DNA from: a phage
DNA: 64,000 nt
Assembly: GCA_038314665.1 (NCBI GenBank)
Contig: GCA_038314665.1_3677.1
Reading direction: 5' to 3' (one strand)
The notes under the pieces were generated by a model that worked only from the letters and a program-made list of their open reading frames with translations, did not search any database and was not told where the DNA came from. This document shows, piece after piece, positions 10,397 through 20,850 of the stretch. Position 1 is the stretch's first letter. Every line of letters begins with the position of its first letter. The translations under genes and the position numbers were made by a program.

Positions 10397-10821
10397 TGAG
10401 CACACATCCTCGTTTAGTAGATTGGCAAGAAAGATTGTGGAAAGTGTTTGACGAAGAGGCCACCATACCTTTTGAATGGGGATTCCACGATTGTTGCACC
10501 TTTGCAGCCAAGTGCGTTGATGCCCAGTACGGAACAGATTTTCTTTCTAACTTCGAAGGAACGTATAAAACAGAGTTGGAAAGCAAAAGATGGTGCATGC
10601 TCCGTTTCAAAACCACACACCTGCCTACTATTTTTGATCTCTTTATGACTCGGCTGGATACTCATAAACAGGTTCAGCGTGGAGATATTGTCATTTTCGA
10701 AGGTCTGAACGGGCTCACCGCTGGTGTGTTCTGGAACAACCAGATTTGGGCGAAAGGTGATAAAGGGGTCTTTATGTTCGACATGAAAGATTCTATCGTT
10801 GTTGATGTCTGGAGGTATTAA
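10384..10821 (+). CDS. tail-associated protein with Cys-His motif (possible NlpC/P60-like), tentative
   Basis: 145 aa; FHDCCTFAAKC motif; start overlaps upstream gene, stop overlaps next ATG. Confidence 0.3.
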   Translation: MGGLMSTHPRLVDWQERLWKVFDEEATIPFEWGFHDCCTFAAKCVDAQYGTDFLSNFEGTYKTELESKRWCMLRFKTTHLPTIFDLFMTRLDTHKQVQRGDIVIFEGLNGLTAGVFWNNQIWAKGDKGVFMFDMKDSIVVDVWRY

Positions 10822-13800
10822 TGCCAATTGCAATGATTGATAACATCGTTGCTTCTGCAAGATCTTCAAGTTATGACTGGAACGCATCCAAGGCAGCTCT
10901 GGCTGACAGCCTGAACACTGTTACCACCAGAACTCTGGATAAGATTTTTGAGGGCAACAAATCTTACAGAAGTCAGCAAGATAGACAAAAGCTTCTCAGA
11001 TCTTCTGCTGCACCCTGCTCTGTAGTGTATGGGAAGACACGCACGTCTGGGCTGCTTGCGTTTTTGGAGCAGGACAGAGACAGAACCCTCCATTGTGCCA
11101 TTGTTCTTGCTAATCATCCTCTGGAAGGTATAGAAGACATACTCATCGACGGTAATCCTATTTCCTCGTATGGAGATCTGGTATCGTGGGAGCTACATAA
11201 CGACAGAAAAACATCTGATCCTTTCATGGGTACACACTGCCCATCGTGGTCACCAGATATGATAGGCAGAGGTATCAGTTGGCTGCGTGCCAGCTTCAAG
11301 TTTGACCCCAGTAAGTTTCCTTTTGGGTTGCCAAACGTTACACTGGTCAAGGTTGGTAAAAAATGCTATGACCCCCGCATCAGTAAAGAGGTGTATACCA
11401 ATAACGCGGCCTTGGTGATCCTGGACTATTTAAGAACGTACCTTAAATGTCCTGACGAAACCATCAACTGGGAGTCCTTTAGGGAGGCTGCCAATATATG
11501 CGACGAGGCGGTAAAAAACGCTGACGGAACCAGTGAGCGACGTTACACCATTAACGGTGAGTTTGACATGGATGAGGCCCCAGCAAGTATTATGGCAGAA
11601 ATGCTGAAAGCTTGCGGTGCAGACCTTAGTTATGTTGCTGGTAAGTATGGTTTGCTGGTTGGTGCATACTATGGCCCAGCAACAATGACACTGAGTGAGG
11701 ATTGTGTCTGTGGTGAGGTCAAGATCTATCCGGAAGCCTCCTTTGACAAGAGATCCAACACAATAACTGGCAGATTCACTAGTCCGACCAAAGGGTATTC
11801 TGAAACAGATTTTCCATCAGTGTTTGTCCCAGAGTGGATAGAGAAGGATGGAGAAAGAAAGATAATTGATATAGACTATCGCTTTGTTACCAGTCCTTAT
11901 CAAGCTCAGCGTGTTTCTGCAATCTTCTTAAGACGTGCTAGAGCTGGCAGGATTATTGAAGTCACCTGCAATATGCGAGGTTTTAAATTTAAACCTGGCC
12001 GTTACGTTACAATGGACCTTCCAAGTATTGGTATAGTAGGCCAAGAAATGAGGGTTCTTGAATGGGAGTTCACCAAAAAGGGCGGTGTCAAGGTAAAACT
12101 TCGTCAAGATGCTAAAGAGTGGAATGATGCCACAGGGCAACTTCCGGATTCTGGTGATGTAGATATTCCGATATCTCCATCTGGTGTAGCTCAACCGCAA
12201 AACTTCAGATATTCCGTTCTCCAAGCCGGGGAAGTAACTCACGGTGTTTTGGCTTGGGACAACGTTGGAACTTACGCTCAAAATATTGTGCAGGTAAGAA
12301 AGAACGGAGAGATTGTTTGGACAGCACAGACAGTTGAGCAGTTTGTCCGAGTAGAAGGCTTGACCAAAGGATCATACACAGCAACCGTGGTTGCAACATC
12401 TTATAAAGGTGGTGTATCTCCAGAAGCGTACTGCGAGTTCAACATTCAGGCACCTGAAGCTCCTGTTTCTGTGGAAGTTAAGCAGGGATACTTTGCTATT
12501 ACCCTGATCCCGCACAGCAGAGACTTGGCTAGTGTAAGCACCCAGTACGACTTTTGGACATCTGGGATGACAAGATTGCCAGATACCAGTGATGTAACAG
12601 TTACTTCAAAAGCCACTCGTATGGGTGTTGGTTCAACTTGGACATCTGAAGGTCTGCAGAACGATAAGATTTATTACTGGTATATCAGGACAACAAATGC
12701 TTTTGGTTCATCTGCTTTTGTGGAGTGTGCAGCCCACTGTTACACATCCATAGAAGATCTTATGCCACAGATTGATGCTGAGTTCAAAAAGACAGAGACT
12801 TATAAAGAGCTTACCGCCAATCTTGATAATGCAGTCAAGGAAATGGATAAAAATGTTGGTGCAGTCAATGACCGTGTTACTAGCATTTTTGAAGAGCTTG
12901 GGGATACAATAGAGGGTGTTGTCAGAGAGACGACAGAAAAATTTACAGGGGTTAATGGAGAAATTTCTGCCCTTAACAGTAAGCTGGTAGCAGCTCAGCA
13001 ATCCTTTGACGATAAACTTGCAGCAGAGTCTGGTAGGCTTGGGTCACTAATCGAGACAACAAATAGATCAACCGTTGATCTTGTTAATCGTAAAACTCAA
13101 GCATTGAGTGAGCAAATAACTGCAACTCAAGGTACTCTGCGGGAAGAGTTGAAGAACACTGAGAGCAAACTTAACTCCTCTATTCAAGAAACCAACAAGG
13201 CAACAACCGATCTGCTAAGTAAGACAACGGAAGCTATTAAGCAGGATCTGGTGGCAGCTACAGGGAAGATCACCAAGCTGGAAGATGATGTGCAGAAAGA
13301 GGTTGCCAATCTGCAAGCATCTATTCAAGAAACTAATAGTACAACAGTTGATCTTGTTAATAATACAGCCACAGCGATCCGTCAAGAACTTACCTCTGCA
13401 AAACAAGAAATTGTTGACGAAATGGGTAATATTGATGAGCTCAGGGCTACAGTATCTAATACCTCTAAAGCTGTAACAACACTTGAGGGTAAAATAGATG
13501 CTCAGTGGGGAGCTAAGATTCAGGTTGACAGCCATGGTAATAAATATGTGGCAGGTATCCAGCTGGGCATGGAGGGGTCTGGAGGACAAGTTCAATCATA
13601 CTTCATGGTTAGTGCAAACAACTTTGCGGTATATAACCCCGGAAATGGAACAGCAACCCTTGCTTTCGCAATCAAGAACAACCAAGCGTTCTTGAAAGAC
13701 GCTTTTATAGAGAATGGCACGATCTCCTCTGCCAAGATCGCACAAGAAATTTCGTCAAACAACTACGATGGCAACGGGTACCATAAATACGGTTGGTATA

Positions 13801-14420
13801 TTAACAAGAACGGGCATGCCCAATTTATGGATGTGTGGGTGAAAGGCAACATCAACGCCAGTTCTGGTAACTTCACAGGGGCAGTTAATGCCACTAGTGG
13901 TACCTTCCGTGGAGATGTTTATGCCAATAATGGTAGCTTTAGAGGCACCATAGATGCAACCGGAGGTACATTCCGTGGTCGTGTAGAAGCTTCTGTTATC
14001 CGTGCTAACCAGTTCGAAGGTGCAATTGTTGCACACAGGACTTACGGAGATTGTGCTCCAGTGCATAACTCCCAGCAGAGGGTTTGCCGTTGGAGGTGGA
14101 GATACGTAGATAACGTTTCAGGTCAAGGTAAGAACGTAACATTCTTCTTTAAACTGAACGGTACTCGTGCCAACTCCCAACTAAATGCGTGGATAGCTGG
14201 TCATCAACTCCTTGCTGGCAAGAAGTACGGGAACGACAACGATGGCATGTGTGCAATTGGGATAACAGGTCTAGGTGAACAAACTATAGACATTATTATT
14301 GAAATCTACACCCCGTGGTCAACGTCAAACGTGACAGGTGTCACAATCTCCTGTCCCACTGTGATCGTTAGTCGTTCTAACTCAAGCTTCCAGGGACCTT
14401 GGAACGAGTCTCACGACTAA
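10821..14420 (+). CDS. large tail fibre / host-specificity protein with internal coiled-coil repeats
   Basis: 1199 aa; central repeated units (IQETNKATTDLLSKTTEAIKQDL / IQETNSTTVDLVNNTATAIRQEL); Gly/Asn-rich C-terminal repeats GNFTGAVNATSGTFRGDVYANNGSFRGTIDATGGTFRG. Confidence 0.5.
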   Translation: MPIAMIDNIVASARSSSYDWNASKAALADSLNTVTTRTLDKIFEGNKSYRSQQDRQKLLRSSAAPCSVVYGKTRTSGLLAFLEQDRDRTLHCAIVLANHPLEGIEDILIDGNPISSYGDLVSWELHNDRKTSDPFMGTHCPSWSPDMIGRGISWLRASFKFDPSKFPFGLPNVTLVKVGKKCYDPRISKEVYTNNAALVILDYLRTYLKCPDETINWESFREAANICDEAVKNADGTSERRYTINGEFDMDEAPASIMAEMLKACGADLSYVAGKYGLLVGAYYGPATMTLSEDCVCGEVKIYPEASFDKRSNTITGRFTSPTKGYSETDFPSVFVPEWIEKDGERKIIDIDYRFVTSPYQAQRVSAIFLRRARAGRIIEVTCNMRGFKFKPGRYVTMDLPSIGIVGQEMRVLEWEFTKKGGVKVKLRQDAKEWNDATGQLPDSGDVDIPISPSGVAQPQNFRYSVLQAGEVTHGVLAWDNVGTYAQNIVQVRKNGEIVWTAQTVEQFVRVEGLTKGSYTATVVATSYKGGVSPEAYCEFNIQAPEAPVSVEVKQGYFAITLIPHSRDLASVSTQYDFWTSGMTRLPDTSDVTVTSKATRMGVGSTWTSEGLQNDKIYYWYIRTTNAFGSSAFVECAAHCYTSIEDLMPQIDAEFKKTETYKELTANLDNAVKEMDKNVGAVNDRVTSIFEELGDTIEGVVRETTEKFTGVNGEISALNSKLVAAQQSFDDKLAAESGRLGSLIETTNRSTVDLVNRKTQALSEQITATQGTLREELKNTESKLNSSIQETNKATTDLLSKTTEAIKQDLVAATGKITKLEDDVQKEVANLQASIQETNSTTVDLVNNTATAIRQELTSAKQEIVDEMGNIDELRATVSNTSKAVTTLEGKIDAQWGAKIQVDSHGNKYVAGIQLGMEGSGGQVQSYFMVSANNFAVYNPGNGTATLAFAIKNNQAFLKDAFIENGTISSAKIAQEISSNNYDGNGYHKYGWYINKNGHAQFMDVWVKGNINASSGNFTGAVNATSGTFRGDVYANNGSFRGTIDATGGTFRGRVEASVIRANQFEGAIVAHRTYGDCAPVHNSQQRVCRWRWRYVDNVSGQGKNVTFFFKLNGTRANSQLNAWIAGHQLLAGKKYGNDNDGMCAIGITGLGEQTIDIIIEIYTPWSTSNVTGVTISCPTVIVSRSNSSFQGPWNESHD

Positions 14421-14428
14421 CCTTTAAA

Positions 14429-14455
14429 GCCCCGCTTCGGCGGGGTTTATTTTTA
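14429..14455 (+). terminator. rho-independent terminator
   Basis: gccccgc-TTCG-gcgggg(t) hairpin followed by ttatttttat, 8 nt after stop at 14420. Confidence 0.6.
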
Positions 14456-14525
14456 TGCTCAGATTGACTATTGTTACAAAATTTGGTAAAATACCTTGTA
14501 GAGATTTTCATACCGGAGGAGTGAC

Positions 14526-16016
14526 GTGGCTAAGTATGGATTGACAGAGGCTGGTTTCGTTATACCAACCCTAAATGACCTAATCGTTGAAACTAAGCAA
14601 AGCCTGATCCGTGCTTTTGGCGAAAACTTCAACGTACAGAGTAACTCCGTTGCAGATAAGCTGACCACTATCTTCAACGAGCGAGAGTATCAACTTATTC
14701 TTATGGCAGCATCTGTATACGCATCACAGACGCTGTATGGGGCAGAAGGTATTTACCTAGACGAACTTCTTGGAAGACGGGGTATTTACCGAAGAGGCCG
14801 TTCTAAATCATCAGGTACCTGCCAGTTGACGATCAACACAACTGTTCCGTACAATATGATTTACGATTCCAAAACTTATACGTTGGATAGTGGCAACTTT
14901 GTTCTTAGCAATGATGTGCAAGTAGCAGGGAATCTTATTGCTCACAGAATAAATGCTCCAGACCTAAGGATTGGTAAATACAACTTTCAAATTACCAACC
15001 AGACAGATGGAAGTATCAAAACAAAAAGTCTGGTTTTAACAGATAAGGCTCTGGACTCTTCTGATCTGCCAAGCTTTTACGGAGAGATTAAGCAATTCAT
15101 TGTCGATAATACAACTCTGTTGAACGACGATTTGATTCAGATCGATATGTTGACAGGAACGTTGTGGATAGGGTACAATTCGAATCTTGACCAAGTTGGA
15201 CTTAATAGTAGGGTAGATTTCAGAGTATCCCCGATTGTAGGGGAAAGAACTATCACCCTAGATGTTATCGCTAACGAGGCTGGTGAGCTGTCAAGAGAGG
15301 CAGAAACCGTGACAACAATGTCACCTACTCCCAGTGGATTTATCAAGCTTACCAACCGAGAAAGATTCAATGAGGGAAGGGATGTTGAGAAAGACTCAGA
15401 GTACCGCTTAAGAGCTTCCAGCACAAAACAGTTAACATCTAAGGCTACCCGTCCTGCAATCCTTAGCGCTGTAAGCGAGGTGAAAGGTGTTGAGAAAGTG
15501 AGAGTGTTCTCTAACAATACCGATAAAACTGATGCTAAAGGTATACCTCCTTACAAGTTCCAAGTGGTTGTGTTTGGTGGTGCAACAGAGGACATTTGCC
15601 AAGCACTTTACCAAACTATAGCCTGTACGAACAGGACTTATGGTAATATTTTCTACGATGTAACTACATCTGACGGTCAAACTGAAAGAATTTATTATTC
15701 CAAGGCAAATACCTACCGCCTGGATGTAAGAATTACCTACTCCGGTGCTGCGCTTTCCACAACCGAAAAAGATGCCATTGTAGAGGCTCTTTTGCAGGTT
15801 GTTAACGGACTGGATGTTGCAGATACGTTGTACAATATCCAATTGGTCGGTGCTGCATCTGCTGCTGTGTCGATAGGCAGATTTAATAGACTGGTAATTC
15901 AAGTTAAACCTGTAGGGGCTTCTGATGAAGCTTACACTGCAAACGATATTGTTGCAAACATGACCGAGGTGTTTGACCTCGATGAAAGTAATATAACTTT
16001 CCAACAAACTATTTAA
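14526..16016 (+). CDS. baseplate J-like protein
   Basis: 496 aa; block pattern (YRLRA..KGVEKVRV..FQVVVFGG..ICQALYQTI..YRLDVRITYSG) resembles gpJ/gp47 family; GTG start after GGAGGAG. Confidence 0.5.
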   Translation: MAKYGLTEAGFVIPTLNDLIVETKQSLIRAFGENFNVQSNSVADKLTTIFNEREYQLILMAASVYASQTLYGAEGIYLDELLGRRGIYRRGRSKSSGTCQLTINTTVPYNMIYDSKTYTLDSGNFVLSNDVQVAGNLIAHRINAPDLRIGKYNFQITNQTDGSIKTKSLVLTDKALDSSDLPSFYGEIKQFIVDNTTLLNDDLIQIDMLTGTLWIGYNSNLDQVGLNSRVDFRVSPIVGERTITLDVIANEAGELSREAETVTTMSPTPSGFIKLTNRERFNEGRDVEKDSEYRLRASSTKQLTSKATRPAILSAVSEVKGVEKVRVFSNNTDKTDAKGIPPYKFQVVVFGGATEDICQALYQTIACTNRTYGNIFYDVTTSDGQTERIYYSKANTYRLDVRITYSGAALSTTEKDAIVEALLQVVNGLDVADTLYNIQLVGAASAAVSIGRFNRLVIQVKPVGASDEAYTANDIVANMTEVFDLDESNITFQQTI

Positions 16017-16027
16017 GGCGGCGAGAT

Positions 16028-16714
16028 ATGGCAGAGATTAAGTCGGATGTTAACCACATCCACACTCTGCCAGATTTTGTTCAGGGGGGTCTTGACTACC
16101 TGCCTGGAGATTTTCTGGCTGAGAAGGTTAATTTAGTCACATTCTTAACCGTGTACCTTAAAAGGTTGGAGGATGTTGATAAGATGCTGGTAGGTTTGGC
16201 TGAAGGAAGATTGCTTAACAATGCCAGCGGAAGATACCTTGACGAAGTTGGTAATCAACTCGGTATTCTTAGGAATGGACTTTCAGATGCTGATTTTCGT
16301 GCCACACTAATTATTCAGCAGGCCGCAGCATCAAGGGGCGGGACTCGCGAAGATGTCATCTCCACCTTGCGACAATTGTTCGGAAGAGACAATTTCGATA
16401 CGTGGAAAGGAGACAACTTCAGGTTTGACATAAATATTAGAAAAACTTGCTTTGACATATTGCAGTCTATTGATCAGATCTTAGACATGCTACCACTGCC
16501 TTGTCATTTGCGTCTTACAGAATCGCAAGGGCAAGCTTTTGGTTTTGAAGGTGACTCTACAGCTCTTGGCTTCGGATCAGTGTGGGAAGAAAGCCAATTC
16601 GGAGTTGGTGGGCTGGCTACTTTGCTGTATGTTCCTGACGTAAGACCTGATTGGGACACCACAACCATTTATTGTGAAAGTATTACAGTAAACGCAACTA
16701 GACAGGAGGGTTAA
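16028..16714 (+). CDS. baseplate wedge protein (gpI/gp48-like), tentative
   Basis: 228 aa directly after J-like gene; RGGTREDVISTLRQLFG resembles tail-protein-I C-terminal signature. Confidence 0.4.
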   Translation: MAEIKSDVNHIHTLPDFVQGGLDYLPGDFLAEKVNLVTFLTVYLKRLEDVDKMLVGLAEGRLLNNASGRYLDEVGNQLGILRNGLSDADFRATLIIQQAAASRGGTREDVISTLRQLFGRDNFDTWKGDNFRFDINIRKTCFDILQSIDQILDMLPLPCHLRLTESQGQAFGFEGDSTALGFGSVWEESQFGVGGLATLLYVPDVRPDWDTTTIYCESITVNATRQEG

Positions 16715-18786
16715 TGGCAACAGCTGTTTTTAAACCTTACCGTGATTACTCTACAATGGCTGCACGGTTTCATTACCGCACAGTTCAGGATACTGCCGTT
16801 CCTGGTAGGGATTATGATCATGTTGAGGGCGATATAACTATCCCAGTTGGGGCAACCAGTATTGAGATCCCAGTGGAAATTGTTGACAAATTACCCAACA
16901 GGTTACCAAGAAGCTTCTTTATGGAGTTTTCATCAAAATCCCAAGGGGTGATGATTGGGACACAAAGGGCGAAATGTACAATAGTTTCAGATGAGAATCT
17001 TGACAGGATATCTTGGGATACTGTCGAGGAGAGAATGTTTCACCCAAGATACTGGGTTACAACCACCCAGCAGACTGAAAGTACCTGTATTGTTGCAGAT
17101 GACAACTGTTGTATTAACCGTTTAGTGTCAAGAACATATGGAGGTATGGCTGGGTGCATTTGGGAAACAGTTGACAAGTATGACCATTTCGGTATTGGGT
17201 TTGATGATCACTATGAGATGAGAAACACCAAGCTTTGGTTCAGAATGTCAATAACCAATGCCAGCAACTTCTCCACTCCTGAAAAGATGATTATGACTGT
17301 AGACCTTGTTGATGGTACAATCATCTATGTTCCTTTAGCTCAATATGCTGTCAGCATCTCAGAGGATAAGAATGTTGCAGAGATTCATATTGATTTCGAG
17401 GACTGCGTCGGGATGGATCAGAACAACAACATGATGGGTGTTGATCCTCGACAGGTGAGAAGAATTTTAATACCGCTCATGCCTAAAGACTGGGTAAGTA
17501 ATAGCACAGACCCGAGAACGGAAAATGTAGAGTGTGAGTTGCGCCTAGATCTGCTTCAGCCAGACACGGGCTGGAAAATGATGCAACTTAACAATATTCA
17601 GGTTAAAGAGCACGACGTTGGGATCTGCACCGCATATGACGATATGTGGAACGTATCTCCTTTAAGGGTGTTGAACAATATCAAGCGTCTGGGCTATACC
17701 GGAACCATAAACCATTATGTTGGTATGAGTCATTATTATGACTACACATGGTCAGGAACCCAATGGTCTATAAACAGAACAGGAGCGCTAAACGCTGCAG
17801 CTTATAAATGGCATGATGATTTTATGTACAATGCCAAACGACATAACTTCGACGTTATGCAGTCTGTAAGTTTTGAGCTTTACAGCGATGCCTGCCCGTT
17901 GGAATGGACCCAAAGAGACTGGAATGATAACTACGCTAAAACAGGATATACACCTTGTAGCTACCTCCTGTCTCCAACCATTGAAGAGGGTATGAATTTC
18001 CTTACTGCAGTATTTAAGAATTTTGCATCAGCCGCTATGAGAAACAACCTGCCAGTGATTATGCAGGTTGGTGAACCGTGGTGGTGGTACAATACCGATA
18101 CTCGCAGACCTTGCATTTATGATTACCCTACAAAACAGGCGTTTTATGATGAGACAGGCGAGTATGCCTTAGATATTGGGACTATTGACGATCCTAAAAC
18201 TGGCGGTGTTTACGACAAGTATGTAGCATTTTGTCGTGGTAAGCTTGGCGCTCGTATTGCGGCTATTTCAAAGGCAATAAAGGCACACGCTGCATCAGCT
18301 CAGATGACAGCTCTGCTGTTTTTCCCAACCATTATGGAAACCGAGCTTACGCAAAAGCTGAACCTTGCTGACCAATATAAAAAAGAAGCAGGTACTCTTG
18401 ATTTCTTCTGCACTGAGTGCTACGATTGGGTGATGCAGGGAGGTATTGAAAAGGCAAAAGAGTCTGTAAACATACCTATCGTTAAGTTAGGTTGGCAACC
18501 GTCTGAAATACAATACCTTGCAGGGTTCGTTCCTAGTAAAGAGCTTGCTCCGGTATATGGATACGACCCAACTAGGAATTACCAAGAATTTTTATGGAGA
18601 TGTATTTGCGGAAACATGGCAACTATAGAGTATAGATACCCTGAGGTAAAACAGTATGTGTGGGCATACCCGCAAGTAATGTCTGACAGCATCACTGTTA
18701 CCGCTAGAGATTCTACCGTGCTTCATATGGGGCAGGTTGCTCTGAAAGGGTATGTAGAAGATGTTGTCCCGCCAGACTTCTCATAA
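16714..18786 (+). CDS. virion structural protein (tail-associated), unknown function
   Basis: 690 aa, ATGA overlap with upstream gene, upstream of fibre cassette. Confidence 0.35.
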   Translation: MATAVFKPYRDYSTMAARFHYRTVQDTAVPGRDYDHVEGDITIPVGATSIEIPVEIVDKLPNRLPRSFFMEFSSKSQGVMIGTQRAKCTIVSDENLDRISWDTVEERMFHPRYWVTTTQQTESTCIVADDNCCINRLVSRTYGGMAGCIWETVDKYDHFGIGFDDHYEMRNTKLWFRMSITNASNFSTPEKMIMTVDLVDGTIIYVPLAQYAVSISEDKNVAEIHIDFEDCVGMDQNNNMMGVDPRQVRRILIPLMPKDWVSNSTDPRTENVECELRLDLLQPDTGWKMMQLNNIQVKEHDVGICTAYDDMWNVSPLRVLNNIKRLGYTGTINHYVGMSHYYDYTWSGTQWSINRTGALNAAAYKWHDDFMYNAKRHNFDVMQSVSFELYSDACPLEWTQRDWNDNYAKTGYTPCSYLLSPTIEEGMNFLTAVFKNFASAAMRNNLPVIMQVGEPWWWYNTDTRRPCIYDYPTKQAFYDETGEYALDIGTIDDPKTGGVYDKYVAFCRGKLGARIAAISKAIKAHAASAQMTALLFFPTIMETELTQKLNLADQYKKEAGTLDFFCTECYDWVMQGGIEKAKESVNIPIVKLGWQPSEIQYLAGFVPSKELAPVYGYDPTRNYQEFLWRCICGNMATIEYRYPEVKQYVWAYPQVMSDSITVTARDSTVLHMGQVALKGYVEDVVPPDFS

Positions 18787-18798
18787 TCAGGAGATAAA

Positions 18799-19839
18799 AT
18801 GTCAAAACCTAGTTTTCCATTAGAGATTTGGGCAGAGGAGGATCAGGTTCTGCCTAACACCCACAGACAGAACAGGCTACGCCCGATTGATGATTTGTGG
18901 AGAAAAGGTTGGGATCTTGGTCAAAAGCCCTCATGTGAAGAACTTAACTATATTTTCAATATGCTCGGAACTTGGGCAAAATACATTGCTGACGAGCAGA
19001 TCCCCGCTCAAGAAGGTCGTTATCTGGTACGTGATAATAACTTGAGTGATCTTTTGAACATCCCTGTTGCCCGTAGAAACCTTGGGATTATTACTAAGGA
19101 AGAGGCAGACGCCAGGTATGTAAAAGTTACAGGTGATACAATGACAGGCCCCTTGGGTTTGCAACGTATCAACTTTAAAGCTGCCGAGACAGATAAGGCT
19201 TGGATAGAGACAACTATTGGCCCAGATAAGACAACTCTCGACTTTGGGTTAAGTGATAATACCGGGTCGTTTGATGATGGTGGTACATCTACAGTAGATG
19301 CGTTCCGTTGGAGATTCCAGCCAACTCAGCCGGATATTAATCCAGAGTTCACTTTGATGTACCTTAACGCGATCACGGCTAACCGTGCGATGTTGAAAGT
19401 GGTAGGCAATGTTGAAGTTGTCGATAACATGAGGTGCAATAACCTTACTATCAGCAATACAGCAACATTCACCAACTGTAATGTGGCCAGTCAGTTGACG
19501 GCTGGGTCAGTATATGTTAATGGTGGTGCAAGTTGTGACAGTATGGTTGTAAGAAGCCAGCACTGTGTTGTCGGTAACAGAAATGTGGTGCGCTCTGTGA
19601 ATGGGGTGACGGCTAACGGTAACGGTGATGTAACAATCACTATCCCGCAGACAGGTGTGCAAGACATCAGAATCGGTGCAAGACTTGTTGACGGCGTTTC
19701 TGAATCTCCAATTCGCAACGGCTACGTTGTCACAGGTTGGCATTTCGGTGACAAAAAAGAGATGCGTGGTTCAACCTACTGGGCAGGACCTTTACAAAAA
19801 CTTGTAAATGGTCAATGGATCACTGTTAATTATGCATAG
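18799..19839 (+). CDS. tail fibre protein, paralog 1
   Basis: 346 aa; N-terminus and C-terminus (..KLVNGQWITVNYA) paralogous to 20851..21897; followed by Tfa-like chaperone. Confidence 0.55.
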   Translation: MSKPSFPLEIWAEEDQVLPNTHRQNRLRPIDDLWRKGWDLGQKPSCEELNYIFNMLGTWAKYIADEQIPAQEGRYLVRDNNLSDLLNIPVARRNLGIITKEEADARYVKVTGDTMTGPLGLQRINFKAAETDKAWIETTIGPDKTTLDFGLSDNTGSFDDGGTSTVDAFRWRFQPTQPDINPEFTLMYLNAITANRAMLKVVGNVEVVDNMRCNNLTISNTATFTNCNVASQLTAGSVYVNGGASCDSMVVRSQHCVVGNRNVVRSVNGVTANGNGDVTITIPQTGVQDIRIGARLVDGVSESPIRNGYVVTGWHFGDKKEMRGSTYWAGPLQKLVNGQWITVNYA

Positions 19840-19853
19840 ATCGGAGGACTAGC

Positions 19854-20438
19854 ATGAAAATACTTCAAGAGTTTAAACTTTACCAACCGGGATCTGGCGA
19901 ATACCTCCCCAACAAGGGAACCAAGGAGCTGACCCCTCAAGAGGTTGAGGATTACACTGCATACACTGGGTATTTTTTACGTAATGATGATGGCGATTGG
20001 TATGTGCAGTCACGAACATTACGACAAGAAAATCCTGGTTGTATCTTCCTACTTGTTGACGAGAAGGGAATTCTTAAGACATCTACAGAAGAACCTGATG
20101 CCCTATGGCCTGCTCCAGGTCTTCGTGTGGTTATCGCCAAAAAAGAAGAGGTACCAGAAAACATTATGCTTCACCACGACGCTTTGCGTTTAGTTGGTGA
20201 TGAATTTGTCACAGACAATGAATTCTTTGTTCAACAGGCAGAGGGTGTCATAGAGACAGAACTTGCTTGGGCTACTGCTAGAATTGGTGCCTATCAAGAC
20301 ATGATTGACCTTGAATATGATCTTACTGATGACCAGAAACGTAACATCAGAGATTTGAAAATGTACAGGGTAAAACTTCTTGAAATAGATACATCTAAAG
20401 CCCCTGACATTTTCTTCCCGGAGCGACCTACCCTCTAA
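19854..20438 (+). CDS. tail fibre assembly chaperone (Tfa-like)
   Basis: 194 aa; C-terminus KMYRVKLLEIDTSKAPDIFFPERP matches Tfa signature (W/YR..L..D.S.APDI.WP..P). Confidence 0.5.
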   Translation: MKILQEFKLYQPGSGEYLPNKGTKELTPQEVEDYTAYTGYFLRNDDGDWYVQSRTLRQENPGCIFLLVDEKGILKTSTEEPDALWPAPGLRVVIAKKEEVPENIMLHHDALRLVGDEFVTDNEFFVQQAEGVIETELAWATARIGAYQDMIDLEYDLTDDQKRNIRDLKMYRVKLLEIDTSKAPDIFFPERPTL

Positions 20439-20449
20439 GAGGAGGTGTT

Positions 20450-20764
20450 GTGGAGTTGGATTTGGCGGCATTGTACGGTATCTGCATGGGTACCGTTGTC
20501 CCGATCTGTGTATGGGCTTTCAACCAGTGGCACACCAAATGGAAAGGCATTTCCAAGAGGTTGGATGAACTGGAGAAAGACCTCATCTTAGTGAAAAACA
20601 GTATGGTTACAAAAGATAAACTTGATTCTATTATCGAGACCCGGTTAAGCAAGCTAGAGGCCGATATTAACGACCTTAAGCAGGATGTTAGGACAGATGT
20701 CTCCGGCATCAGAGCTGATGTACAAAAGATTTTGCACATGCTTGTAGAGCATAGTAAAAGGTAA
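20450..20764 (+). CDS. membrane-anchored coiled-coil protein, unknown function
   Basis: GTG start after GAGGAGG; hydrophobic segment LAALYGICMGTVVPICVWAF then heptad-like region. Confidence 0.3.
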   Translation: MELDLAALYGICMGTVVPICVWAFNQWHTKWKGISKRLDELEKDLILVKNSMVTKDKLDSIIETRLSKLEADINDLKQDVRTDVSGIRADVQKILHMLVEHSKR

Positions 20765-20850
20765 ACAAAGGTCAGGACGGAAAGGACTCCGTTCTTGCAT
20801 TTTGTTCACTAAAGTGTTAAAATAGTCCTAAGGAATTTTCTCAGGAGAAC